In this document: in pieces, positions 19,320 to 28,425 of the stretch | Layout of the letters: each line of letters begins with the position of its first letter | Numbering within the stretch: position 1 is the first letter of the stretch | Origin: Promethearchaeia archaeon | Lineage (GTDB): Archaea; Asgardarchaeota; Lokiarchaeia; Sigyniarchaeales; SOKP01 | Assembly: GCA_029856145.1 (NCBI GenBank) | Contig: JAHQWK010000019.1 | Location: 64,001 to 128,000 of the forward strand | Direction of reading: 5' to 3' | DNA: 64,000 bases | Translations under genes and position numbers: made by a program | Notes under the pieces: model-generated | What the model was told of the DNA's origin: nothing | The model's input: only the letters and a program-made list of their open reading frames with translations | The model's database searches: none

Positions 19320-20024
19320 ATGGAAAAAGAGATTCTAAAAACGGGTTCTAATAAGAAAAAATCGAAGGAAACGCAATCAACTTCAAAAAGAAAAATCATT
19401 ATCGCGGTTATATTGATAGTTTTTGCGTTTTCAGGATCATTTTTGATTTATTTTATCCTACAAATCTCTTTAAATACAAACACTCCTATGGTGGTAGTAG
19501 TTTCAGGCTCAATGGAACCAACCTTATTAAAAGGTGATTTATTATTCGTTCAAGGCAAAGACCCTGCCCAAATAAAAAATGGTACAATTGAAGGAAAGGA
19601 GGGTGATATAATTGTTTTTGATGCTTGGAACTTAGATGGTTGGATAGATCCCCCTCGTGATCCAATTGTCCATCGTGTTGTTGATAAATGGTATGATGGT
19701 GGTTGGTTTTTCCTCACTAAAGGTGATGCCAATCCAGTAGGTGATAATGTGCCTGTACCAGAGAATAGAGTCCTTGGAGTAGTAGTAGGAAGAATCCCCT
19801 TTATCGGATGGGTAAAAATTATTCTTGCAGATTCGGGATTATTAATTCCACTTTTAGTTATTGTATCCGCTTTACTTATTATAAGTATTATTTGGGATAT
19901 TGTGAAAAAGGATGATAATGGTAGAGATAAAAAGAAGGGAGAAAAAAAGCTAATCTATGATCCAAAAACGAAAGATGATGAATCAGTAAGAGAAATTGAA
20001 TTTGATTATACCAAAAATAATTAA
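19320..20024 (+). CDS. sec11: Signal peptidase I, archaeal/ER Sec11 type (S26B)
   Basis: VVVSGSMEP..KGDL, IVHRV, TKGDAN; N- and C-terminal TMs. Confidence 0.92.
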   Translation: MEKEILKTGSNKKKSKETQSTSKRKIIIAVILIVFAFSGSFLIYFILQISLNTNTPMVVVVSGSMEPTLLKGDLLFVQGKDPAQIKNGTIEGKEGDIIVFDAWNLDGWIDPPRDPIVHRVVDKWYDGGWFFLTKGDANPVGDNVPVPENRVLGVVVGRIPFIGWVKIILADSGLLIPLLVIVSALLIISIIWDIVKKDDNGRDKKKGEKKLIYDPKTKDDESVREIEFDYTKNN

Positions 20025-20156
20025 TTCAATTGATATTATTGCTAAGTAATTTTCTCCTTTATTCTAAAAGTAGAATATTTATAAAACTCTAAATCAAATA
20101 AATAAATACTAAATTTTATTTTAATAAAAAAACAAAAAAAAATTGGTGAATATAAT

Positions 20157-20375
20157 ATTTCGTGGACTCCTCCAACTAAAGTTACTGTTATTCTAACATT
20201 CTTGTTGATGGCTTTTGGGATATTTATCTTGCTTGATTTAACTAGCTTGATATGGCCTGGGTTTTTACCTTATTTTGAAATTGGAACATTACACGGGTGG
20301 CATATTATTTCACTGGTAGTACTTTTTCTCTCTTGGTTTCTCTTCTTTCTAGGTGTAAAATTAAAAGGTTTATAA
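20157..20375 (+). CDS. Small 2-TM membrane protein (72 aa), missed by ORF track, ATT start; paralog of 20412-20642
   Basis: Translates (M)SWTPPTKVTVILTFLLMAFGIFILLD...LSWFLFFLGVKLKGL*. ATT lies 7 nt after GGTGA and aligns with the ATG of the paralog. Confidence 0.88.
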   Translation: MSWTPPTKVTVILTFLLMAFGIFILLDLTSLIWPGFLPYFEIGTLHGWHIISLVVLFLSWFLFFLGVKLKGL

Positions 20376-20411
20376 TTATAGTTTAATTAAAAATAAAAAG
20401 TTGATTAATTT

Positions 20412-20642
20412 ATGGCATGGACTCCTCCATCTAGAGTGACTGTGTCATTAACATTCCTGTTAATGGCTTTTGGGATATTTATCTTACTCGACCAATTTAC
20501 TATATTTTGGACTGGTACTCTCCTACCGATAATTCATCCTTTTAATTTAAGCTCTTACGTATCATGGTTGCTGATTGCCATGATAGTATTCTTTTTCTCT
20601 TGGTTGCTATTTTACCTCGCTATAAAATTGAAAGGTTTATGA
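20412..20642 (+). CDS. Small 2-TM membrane protein (WTPP...KLKGL)
   Basis: Two TMs; tandem paralog of 20157-20375. Confidence 0.85.
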   Translation: MAWTPPSRVTVSLTFLLMAFGIFILLDQFTIFWTGTLLPIIHPFNLSSYVSWLLIAMIVFFFSWLLFYLAIKLKGL

Positions 20643-20897
20643 AATAATAAATTTAAATCTCTTTTTTTTCTTAATTTTATTTGGAAATGTCCCTCTTTAG
20701 TTAACTTCTGTTAGAAAATCAAAAATTCTTATTAATCTGACAATAAAATTTAAAACATTTCTAAAATTTCAAGAAAATGTTATTACGTAATTTAAAATCA
20801 AAAATACGATAAAACTACAAAACGTAATACGCAAACGCAAATTAACTAGAAAGTAAAGAAATACAATTAAAAATTAAATACAAAAGAGGAAATTAAA

Positions 20898-21182
20898 ATG
20901 TCAAAAGAAAAAGAAACAAATTCTGTTTTCGTTGGCCGCCGTCCAACAATGAACTATGTGATGGCCACTATGATGATCCTTAATAAAGGTGAGGATTGTA
21001 CTGTAAAAGCTAGAGGTAGAGCTATCTCCCATGCTGTCGATGTTTGTGAGATTTTGAGAAATAGATTCTTAAAGGGTACAGAATATAAAGACATCTTATT
21101 AAGCACAGAACAATTAGAAGGAGAAGACGGACAGAGTAACAACGTTTCAAGCATTGAAATTATACTTGCGCCTCCAAAATAA
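20898..21182 (+). CDS. albA: DNA/RNA-binding protein Alba
   Basis: VFVGRRPTMNYV, VKARGRAISHAVDV.E..R, VSSIEI. Confidence 0.95.
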   Translation: MSKEKETNSVFVGRRPTMNYVMATMMILNKGEDCTVKARGRAISHAVDVCEILRNRFLKGTEYKDILLSTEQLEGEDGQSNNVSSIEIILAPPK

Positions 21183-21223
21183 ACAGTGAAATTAACTATA
21201 ATTCGCTGAAACAAATAATGTAA

Positions 21224-21250
21224 TCTTTATTTTTTTTTATTATTCTATTT
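21224..21250 (+). terminator. Oligo-T terminator after alba
   Basis: TCTTTATTTTTTTTTATTATTCTATTT, similar to the tract after the histone gene. Confidence 0.55.
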
Positions 21251-21592
21251 ATATGATAGAAAATTTCGGTTTTACCTTTGATTTAAATAAAGCATTAAAA
21301 TTACTAAAAGCAACAAATGATTTTTTGTTTGTGAAAGAAGAAAAGAAAGATATATATTAATACGTTATTATATTGAAAGATATTCTCTTGTTAATAAATC
21401 TCATTATAATTAGTAGTAGTTAGATTTTAGTCAATTTTGTTGAACTATAAAGGAAATTACTAATTTTTTGGTAAAATCACAAAGTTTTATTAATACAGTT
21501 AGAAAATTAATAATTAACAAAAAATAAATTGTTTTAATTTTAAATCCAATTTTAAATAAACTATTAAAAAATTCAAAAAGAGGAAGATAAAA

Positions 21593-21787
21593 ATGGCTAA
21601 AAAGGGAGTAGAACCTTTGTATGTAAAATCTAAAGTAAGGGAATATATTAAGGGTAAAGATTGTAATACTAGCAGTGGCGTTCTTGATGGGGAAACTTTA
21701 AATAAACTCATAATGGAAATGCTTGATAATGCTGTAAGACGAGCAAAAGGTAATAATAGAAAAACAGTAAAGGCAAGAGATTTATAA
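21593..21787 (+). CDS. Histone-fold protein, alpha3-truncated (face-to-face/HTkC- or Bd0055-like) type
   Basis: YVKSKVREYIK...AVRRAKGNNRKTVKARDL; the RKTV..RD motif sits at the extreme C-terminus. Confidence 0.88.
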   Translation: MAKKGVEPLYVKSKVREYIKGKDCNTSSGVLDGETLNKLIMEMLDNAVRRAKGNNRKTVKARDL

Positions 21788-21807
21788 ATCCACTTGCTCA
21801 AAAATAT

Positions 21808-21829
21808 TCTTTTTTTTTATATTCTATTT
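21808..21829 (+). terminator. Oligo-T terminator after histone gene
   Basis: TCTTTTTTTTTATATTCTATTT. Confidence 0.55.
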
Positions 21830-22127
21830 CATAATGAGAGCATTATTTTTTAAATAATAACTGAAGGTTTTTCATACTTAGCTCGGCTGATTCCAGTAGA
21901 TAAATCCTTCTCGACAATTATTTTAGACGTAGATATATCTGGTAGATACTACTAATATTTCATTATTTTTTATAAGTACTCGAAATAAAATAAGAACAGG
22001 AGATATTTAAATCTCAAGTAATTGATATTTTTTCATCCTTAACTCAAATCCCTCTCTCCCTCCTTCCAAGTTTAAGATAGCATTATGAATATGCTCATTT
22101 TCAAAAAAATTTTCATCTTCTGAGATT

Positions 22128-24242
22128 TTATACTGTTTCTCTCTTTACTTTTGTGACATGGTTTTCTTTTTTAAAATTAAAAATATCTGTTACAAATGAA
22201 TCGAGATTTCTATCGTGAGAAATGATAATCATCTGAGCTGTATTGAGTTTTTCAAAAATATCTTGCATTCTATTTATTTGTTCTTGACTAAAACCGTCTG
22301 TGGGTTCATCTAAAATTAATAAATCTTTGGTTTTTATTTCCTGATGTCTTTCATTGATAATTTTATTCAAAGCAAGTCTATAAGCTAATGATAAAGCACT
22401 TTTTTCTCCACCAGATAAATCGTTGAATGGTGTATCATATCCATTGACTATAATTTCAGGTTCAAAATCATCCATTCTAATATTTACTTCAATGTTTTCC
22501 TCCTCAACTAATGTTCTAAACCATTCTTTAAAATATTTATTGAAATGTTGAGCGCTGGTTGAGATTATTTCTCTTTCAATATCTCTGATAAGAATTTGAA
22601 ATTCTTCAGTAATCCATTTTTTTAGGCTAGTTACATATTCACTTTTTTTTTCTAAAATTTTTTTTTTTCTAAGATTATTCTCTAACTTATTTAATTCTCT
22701 TTCTATTAAATTCAAATTAGCTTGTTTAGTATTAAGTTCCTTTTCAAAACCTGATTTTTCTTCTTTTAACTTTTTTATTAAATTCTTTTGATTAGTTAAT
22801 TTTAACTTTAATTTATTTTCAAATTCCTTGAAACTTTTAAAATCTTTAATTTCATAATTTTTTAGAATAAACATAATTTGATTTTGATTATTCTTTATTT
22901 TTTCATTTAATTGAGTAATCAAATCCTTTAATTCAATTCCTCTCTTTTTCTTTTCTTCAACTAACTTATTTAAAGCATCTTTTTTTGTTTGGATCATATT
23001 ATAATCCCTTAAATTCTTTAGATCTGCTTCAGCTTTAGAAATTGCTGAAATTAATTTTTTAATTTCTTTTGATAATTGTTCTATTTCATCATTTGTGTTT
23101 TTAAGTTCAGAATTAAACCGCTTTTTTTCATGCAATTCTTGCCCGCATAAGGAACACTTCCCTTCTTTTAAAAGCTTATTTATATTTTCAATTTTATCAT
23201 CTAATACAGCTTTGAGCTTAACTTTCTTTAATTTAATCTTTCGATTTTTATCTATTTGTTCTTCAAGTTGTTTTTCCGTTAAATCACTTTTAAGTTCGGT
23301 TTTAGGTAAATCTTTGATTTTCTTTAATGAATTTGAAATATCTATTACTAAAGACTCCAAAGATGTTTCATTCTTCTTTTTAGATACATTTGACTCATCT
23401 ACAATTGTTAGAGAATTTTCAATTTTAACTAATTTTTTTGAATATTCACTTAATTCAGACTGAATTCTGTCAACTTTTATTTCTTCTTTTTCTATTTCTT
23501 TTTCCTTTTCTCGTTTATTTTTTTCTATTATTTCAATAATTTCATTTTGTTCCTCTATTTCTTTTTCCTTTTTAGGGATGAATTCTTCGGGTTTTCCAAT
23601 AGTATTAAGCTGGATTTTAATTTTTTTTTTCTTATTTTTTAAAAATTCATTTAAGACTCCAACATTCTTTAGAGCAATCTCATATTTTTCTATACCAAAA
23701 ACTTCTTTTAAAATTTCAAATCGCTCATCTGGTTTTGCTTGTAATATCTCTTTCACTTGTTCTTGCGGAGTATATACAGTATATCGAAATAGAGGAATTT
23801 TTTGTGCCTTTTCATATCGAGTTATTGAATAATTTAAAATTTCTAGGATTTTTTTTCTTAAATCTGTAGGAGCATATGATGTCTCTACTGATTCATTTCC
23901 TAAATGCTCTATAAATGATCCAGTTTCTTGTGAAACAATAACTCTCTTTTTTCCTGCTTCTTTTCTCCTAGTTCTTTTCAATCCACGCTTGATTGTATAT
24001 CTCTTTCCATTAATTGAGAATGTTAATTCAACAAACCCTTTATTTTCACCTCTTCTTAAAAGTGAATCTCCACTTAAATCTGCTGCAGTTAAAGTACCAA
24101 ATAAGCAGAATTCTATTGCCTTTAAGACTGAGGACTTACCGCTTCCAATATCTCCAAAAAAGAGAATTATTGAGGGAGGGAACTTAATTTCTAAATCTAT
24201 AATGCTTCTAATATTTTTTATTTTCACAGATTCAATAATCAT
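22128..24242 (-). CDS. rad50: DNA double-strand break repair ATPase Rad50
   Basis: Walker A GDIGSGKSS, coiled coils, central CSLCG zinc hook, LSGGE, ILDEPT, IISH. Confidence 0.93.
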   Translation of the reverse strand: MIIESVKIKNIRSIIDLEIKFPPSIILFFGDIGSGKSSVLKAIEFCLFGTLTAADLSGDSLLRRGENKGFVELTFSINGKRYTIKRGLKRTRRKEAGKKRVIVSQETGSFIEHLGNESVETSYAPTDLRKKILEILNYSITRYEKAQKIPLFRYTVYTPQEQVKEILQAKPDERFEILKEVFGIEKYEIALKNVGVLNEFLKNKKKKIKIQLNTIGKPEEFIPKKEKEIEEQNEIIEIIEKNKREKEKEIEKEEIKVDRIQSELSEYSKKLVKIENSLTIVDESNVSKKKNETSLESLVIDISNSLKKIKDLPKTELKSDLTEKQLEEQIDKNRKIKLKKVKLKAVLDDKIENINKLLKEGKCSLCGQELHEKKRFNSELKNTNDEIEQLSKEIKKLISAISKAEADLKNLRDYNMIQTKKDALNKLVEEKKKRGIELKDLITQLNEKIKNNQNQIMFILKNYEIKDFKSFKEFENKLKLKLTNQKNLIKKLKEEKSGFEKELNTKQANLNLIERELNKLENNLRKKKILEKKSEYVTSLKKWITEEFQILIRDIEREIISTSAQHFNKYFKEWFRTLVEEENIEVNIRMDDFEPEIIVNGYDTPFNDLSGGEKSALSLAYRLALNKIINERHQEIKTKDLLILDEPTDGFSQEQINRMQDIFEKLNTAQMIIISHDRNLDSFVTDIFNFKKENHVTKVKRETV

Positions 24243-24252
24243 TTTATAATGC

Positions 24253-25542
24253 TCATTCTTCTTCTAATTGAAAGATTTTTTTGAAATTATTAACTAATTC
24301 TTTATCATATTCTTTTACTTTTGTTCCCTCTTCTCTTTCTTTACCTATGACTGATAATAAATCGTGAATCTTATTCTCAACGTTTTTTTTATCGATATTA
24401 TTAATTTTTATTTTCTGTGCATGTTCATAAATAAGAGTGTTTTCAATTTCTTCATTTGTTTTTCCAACCACAACACTAATAGGAGTATATTCTTTTGAAG
24501 TAAGACTCGATTTATTTACTAATACTTCATAAGCCCCTTTTTCTTGTATTTTTTGAATAATTTCATTCGTTTTTAATTCATAAGTTCTCCCAGAAGATAA
24601 AGTCCCATATATTCTGATAGTGACTGTTTTATCATCAAAATTAGTTTCATTAATTTTTTCTTTTAATAAATCTTGAACTTGGGTTATTGATTTATTATTG
24701 CAATCAATAAGTAATGAAATAACTTCCTTTACTTTAATTGGAATATATCTAACATTTAAATTCGATATTTGAGATTCTTTATCAATATCACCAGATATTA
24801 TGCAAAATCCACCAAACTTATATTGTTCAAGTTCACGAAAATTTACTGGTGCAAGAGAACCAGGATATACTATCTTAGTCTTGTCATCAATCTTAAAAGA
24901 TCTTTCATCTTTTCTTAATTTTTCAGGAACTGTTTTATGAAGATGCCCACCAGCATAATATTCAAATCCTTGGGGTAATAGGGATTTAGGAGTAGATTCC
25001 ATATCTTTAAATTCTTTAGGTTTCAATTCATATAACATAGTATGAAATATGAATATCTTTGGACCTTTTTCATCTTCTAGAGATTTTCTATCTAAAATAT
25101 GATATTCCTCAATTTCTAAACCACGTTTTCTAGCTCTTAAACCTGTTAATTTAATTTTGGTTTTTGGATCTATGTAAAAATTTAATTTTATTTTATTTTC
25201 TTCTGTTAACTCCGCGTTCCATACATCTTTAAATAATCCTGCTGAAATAAGTGGTCTAATCATTGATTTTTCTGAAGGGGAAAAGTCATGAGAACCCATT
25301 ATTCCATACACAGGGATTTCATGATCCTTCAACTTCTTTAATTCTCTTGTCGCTAAATCTATGACTTCTACTTTTGGATTACTGACATCGTATAAGTCGC
25401 CACTTATTATAACAAAATCAACTTCTTCATTAACAATAGTATTCACTGCTATTTTGAAAGCTTTATACCCTAACTCATTTAAACGTTCATTACGCCAGGC
25501 TCCTAAGTGAACATCAGAAATATGGGCAAATTTAACTTTCAT
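24253..25542 (-). CDS. mre11: DNA double-strand break repair nuclease Mre11
   Basis: HISDVHLG, SGDLYD, GSHD, FHT, GGHLH, YPGS; adjacent to rad50. Confidence 0.92.
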   Translation of the reverse strand: MKVKFAHISDVHLGAWRNERLNELGYKAFKIAVNTIVNEEVDFVIISGDLYDVSNPKVEVIDLATRELKKLKDHEIPVYGIMGSHDFSPSEKSMIRPLISAGLFKDVWNAELTEENKIKLNFYIDPKTKIKLTGLRARKRGLEIEEYHILDRKSLEDEKGPKIFIFHTMLYELKPKEFKDMESTPKSLLPQGFEYYAGGHLHKTVPEKLRKDERSFKIDDKTKIVYPGSLAPVNFRELEQYKFGGFCIISGDIDKESQISNLNVRYIPIKVKEVISLLIDCNNKSITQVQDLLKEKINETNFDDKTVTIRIYGTLSSGRTYELKTNEIIQKIQEKGAYEVLVNKSSLTSKEYTPISVVVGKTNEEIENTLIYEHAQKIKINNIDKKNVENKIHDLLSVIGKEREEGTKVKEYDKELVNNFKKIFQLEEE

Positions 25543-25565
25543 TTTTGAAATCTTTCTAACATTTT

Positions 25566-27146
25566 TTATTTTATTCCTGGAAAGGCTTTTCTAATTTTTA
25601 TATTGGATTTAGTTTCATCGTTTTTTCCTTCTAATAAATCCTCAAACTTTGGTATCTTAATTGGAATAGCAAATTTTGTAAAATTAGATGTGACTATAGC
25701 TTCACCAATATCTAAACTTGCAATTGTTTGACTATCATCTGATAGATCTTGAGCTGAACTTTCAATTAGGGTCCTTCTTTCTGGACCCATTTCATTTCCA
25801 AGGATAATTTTGGTATTCATATTTGCTAAAATTTCTCTCTCTATTAAACTTGGTAATTGTGTTATTCCTATTAATCCTATATTGAATTTCCTCCCCTCTC
25901 TTGCGATTTTTCCAAATACATTATCTCTTGTTTCGAGTACTTTTTTTCCTATAACTCTAGGCGCCTCTTCTAAAACAATAGCAATAACAGGCTTATCTTC
26001 TAATTCATCTCTGAATTTAAGGTATTTATATTGATCAAATATATTGTCTACTATAATTGTTGCAACAAATATTTCTTCTGCTCCCTCAAATAAAGAAGTA
26101 TCAACAATAACAGTTCTCCCTTCCATTAATGAGTTCTTAATATTATTTATTATTGATTCATATCCATTTAATGTATAGATACCATTTTCAATTATATTAT
26201 TCTCATCATCAAAACCAAAATGTAATAAAATTGATAATCTTCTTCTCAGAACATCTAAAGTACTCTCATGAAGTCCCTGAGGGCGTGGATAAGCAATTAT
26301 ATCATCGCTAAAAATTGCTTGAATCCAATTTTGTCTATGTAATCGATAAAAACCTATTAAAGCATCTAATTGAGGTGGTGTGAAGCTAAGAGTTCCTATA
26401 GCATGCATTGGTTCTATTAACTTCACATTTAATTTTAAGTCAAGTTTCCCAGGAATGGATCTTATAGAATAATATTCAATATATTTGGAACTTTCAGGAT
26501 GTTCCTTTAATCCTTTTTGCGTCGCAGTACCGTAATATTCATTGTGAGGATCAAACACTAATTTTCCACAATTATCGTTTTCCATTAAATTATACAGAAT
26601 TGTTTTAACTAAATTTGATTTACCTCTACCTGTAGTTGCTGGAATTAGAATATGGTGTCTAATTACCTTTGTTGCTTCAAGAATCACTTCTGTTCTTAAA
26701 ACTTTAGACCCCGAGCGAATATTACCTAAATTTAAAGGATTTTGGATTTTTTCTTCTTTAAAAAATTCTAAATGAGTATCATCAATATCAAATATATCTG
26801 AGAAAAATGTAGGTAATTTCTTTGGCAAGAAAAGTTTATTATCCTTGACGAATATTAAAGGTCTCGCTAGAGCTAACACATAGTTACGTAATTCAGATTC
26901 ATATATTTTTAAATCAGACTTTTCTCTTTCTAAACCATACCCTGCCATTAATTCAAGAACCTTATCTGGAATCTGACTTCCATAAAATAGATCCTTTATT
27001 TGAAAAATGCTATACTCATTTCTATCTTTACCAGCAATAAAAAGCTGTCCTAACTCAAATTCCTGATCTGATTTCTGCCTTAATATTAATTTAACCAAAG
27101 AACTACCGGTAACAAAACTGCCAATTTTTTTTCCTAAATCTACCAT
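25566..27146 (-). CDS. herA: HerA bipolar helicase/translocase
   Basis: N-terminal HAS barrel, [38 protein letters not shown]. Confidence 0.92.
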   Translation of the reverse strand: MVDLGKKIGSFVTGSSLVKLILRQKSDQEFELGQLFIAGKDRNEYSIFQIKDLFYGSQIPDKVLELMAGYGLEREKSDLKIYESELRNYVLALARPLIFVKDNKLFLPKKLPTFFSDIFDIDDTHLEFFKEEKIQNPLNLGNIRSGSKVLRTEVILEATKVIRHHILIPATTGRGKSNLVKTILYNLMENDNCGKLVFDPHNEYYGTATQKGLKEHPESSKYIEYYSIRSIPGKLDLKLNVKLIEPMHAIGTLSFTPPQLDALIGFYRLHRQNWIQAIFSDDIIAYPRPQGLHESTLDVLRRRLSILLHFGFDDENNIIENGIYTLNGYESIINNIKNSLMEGRTVIVDTSLFEGAEEIFVATIIVDNIFDQYKYLKFRDELEDKPVIAIVLEEAPRVIGKKVLETRDNVFGKIAREGRKFNIGLIGITQLPSLIEREILANMNTKIILGNEMGPERRTLIESSAQDLSDDSQTIASLDIGEAIVTSNFTKFAIPIKIPKFEDLLEGKNDETKSNIKIRKAFPGIK

Positions 27147-27156
27147 ACTTTTCCAC

Positions 27157-28314
27157 TTATCTTCTTATTATATTTAATAAATCATGTGCGTTCACGGAAC
27201 GTAAACGAGGTAAGATATATTTTTTATAATCCTCTTCATCAAATTCTGCAATTAATTGAATTTTTTGAGGTTCTAATTCTTTAATACTCACTGCTGCAAG
27301 TTGATCTGCTTTTATAAGACCATAGGGATATCCTGGATATGATAAATCATTAGAATTATTTGCTATATTAGAAATAACTATTTCACACTGATCTTCAGAC
27401 ATCTCTTTTGCTTGATCCAGTAAAATATCGAATCTAAATGAATATACTGAATTTTTATTTAGTTTTACGAAATATAAATCTGCTTTTTCTTGAGCTTTTG
27501 TAATTCTATAGATAGGATGATAATACCACGCGCTACTTGGAAATTTTTTATTTCCTACATAGTTTATTAAAGAATTTAATGAATTTCCATTTTGTGTAAT
27601 TAATCGACAAGTTTTAGAAAGTCCAGATACGACTACTCCTTTTTTAATTGCTGTATTATACAATTTTTCTGCTAATATCGTTTCTCCAGTATACCCTGTT
27701 TGAAGTGAACCATCTCTGACAAAAATACTCCCTTCATCTAATTCATTTAAAATAAATTTATTTGCGTAAGTCCATTCAGCAAATCTCATTGCGATGCCTC
27801 CAAAAACTTCAATATTTGGCAGGCTGAACCATCTCTCTCTAATAGTAGGATCATTAATTGAAAATTTTAAATCATCTTTAGGGAGATATTCTCTAAATTC
27901 TGATTCTAAAGGAAAGAAGCGTGTAATATAACCTAAAGTATCATCATCAAAAATATCTAATACTGTTACGCTATAAAACTCAATTTTAACTGGTGTTTTT
28001 TTTAATTGAGTCCACTTATTAGTAGTAAATAAAACCCCTGAAACCCTATTTAAACTTACATTGAAATCTGCACTTCTGATTATCGGACCATTTCCTCCAT
28101 CAACAAACCCAATACTCTTAACAAAATTACATTTTGGAATTTCAAAAATTTTATCTTCATAAATCTCAAATGCTTCTTCTTCTGAACTAGAAATGAATGG
28201 TTTGTCTTCTTTAGGATATCCCAATTTATGATTCTCTATGAATTTTACACATTCCTTCAATGGATTTTTTCTTTTTTCAGCACTCATCTTATTAAAAAGA
28301 TGCTTATTTTTCAT
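27157..28314 (-). CDS. nurA: NurA 5'-3' nuclease
   Basis: [34 protein letters not shown]. Start may be the ATG at 28287. Confidence 0.88.
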   Translation of the reverse strand: MKNKHLFNKMSAEKRKNPLKECVKFIENHKLGYPKEDKPFISSSEEEAFEIYEDKIFEIPKCNFVKSIGFVDGGNGPIIRSADFNVSLNRVSGVLFTTNKWTQLKKTPVKIEFYSVTVLDIFDDDTLGYITRFFPLESEFREYLPKDDLKFSINDPTIRERWFSLPNIEVFGGIAMRFAEWTYANKFILNELDEGSIFVRDGSLQTGYTGETILAEKLYNTAIKKGVVVSGLSKTCRLITQNGNSLNSLINYVGNKKFPSSAWYYHPIYRITKAQEKADLYFVKLNKNSVYSFRFDILLDQAKEMSEDQCEIVISNIANNSNDLSYPGYPYGLIKADQLAAVSIKELEPQKIQLIAEFDEEDYKKYILPRLRSVNAHDLLNIIRR

Positions 28315-28425
28315 TAAATATTTTTATAAATAATAAATCAATTAGAGTCAACAGATTTAACAGTTTTTATATTAATATTAAACTTTTTATTAATAGTATA
28401 TTGAAATAATCAACGGAATTTCTTA

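Noticed and set aside
21830-22127. Small ORF, MITE or sRNA between histone and rad50
   Set aside because: The open stretch on the minus strand has no start, the terminal inverted similarity is weak, and no clear C/D boxes are present.
22640-23635. Long poly-A runs in rad50 as slippage or phase-variation sites
   Set aside because: The frame is intact and the runs encode Lys in an AT-rich genome.
25566-27146. HerA as part of a SIR2-HerA defence system
   Set aside because: It lies in the housekeeping nurA-mre11-rad50 operon, 29 kb from the SIR2 gene.
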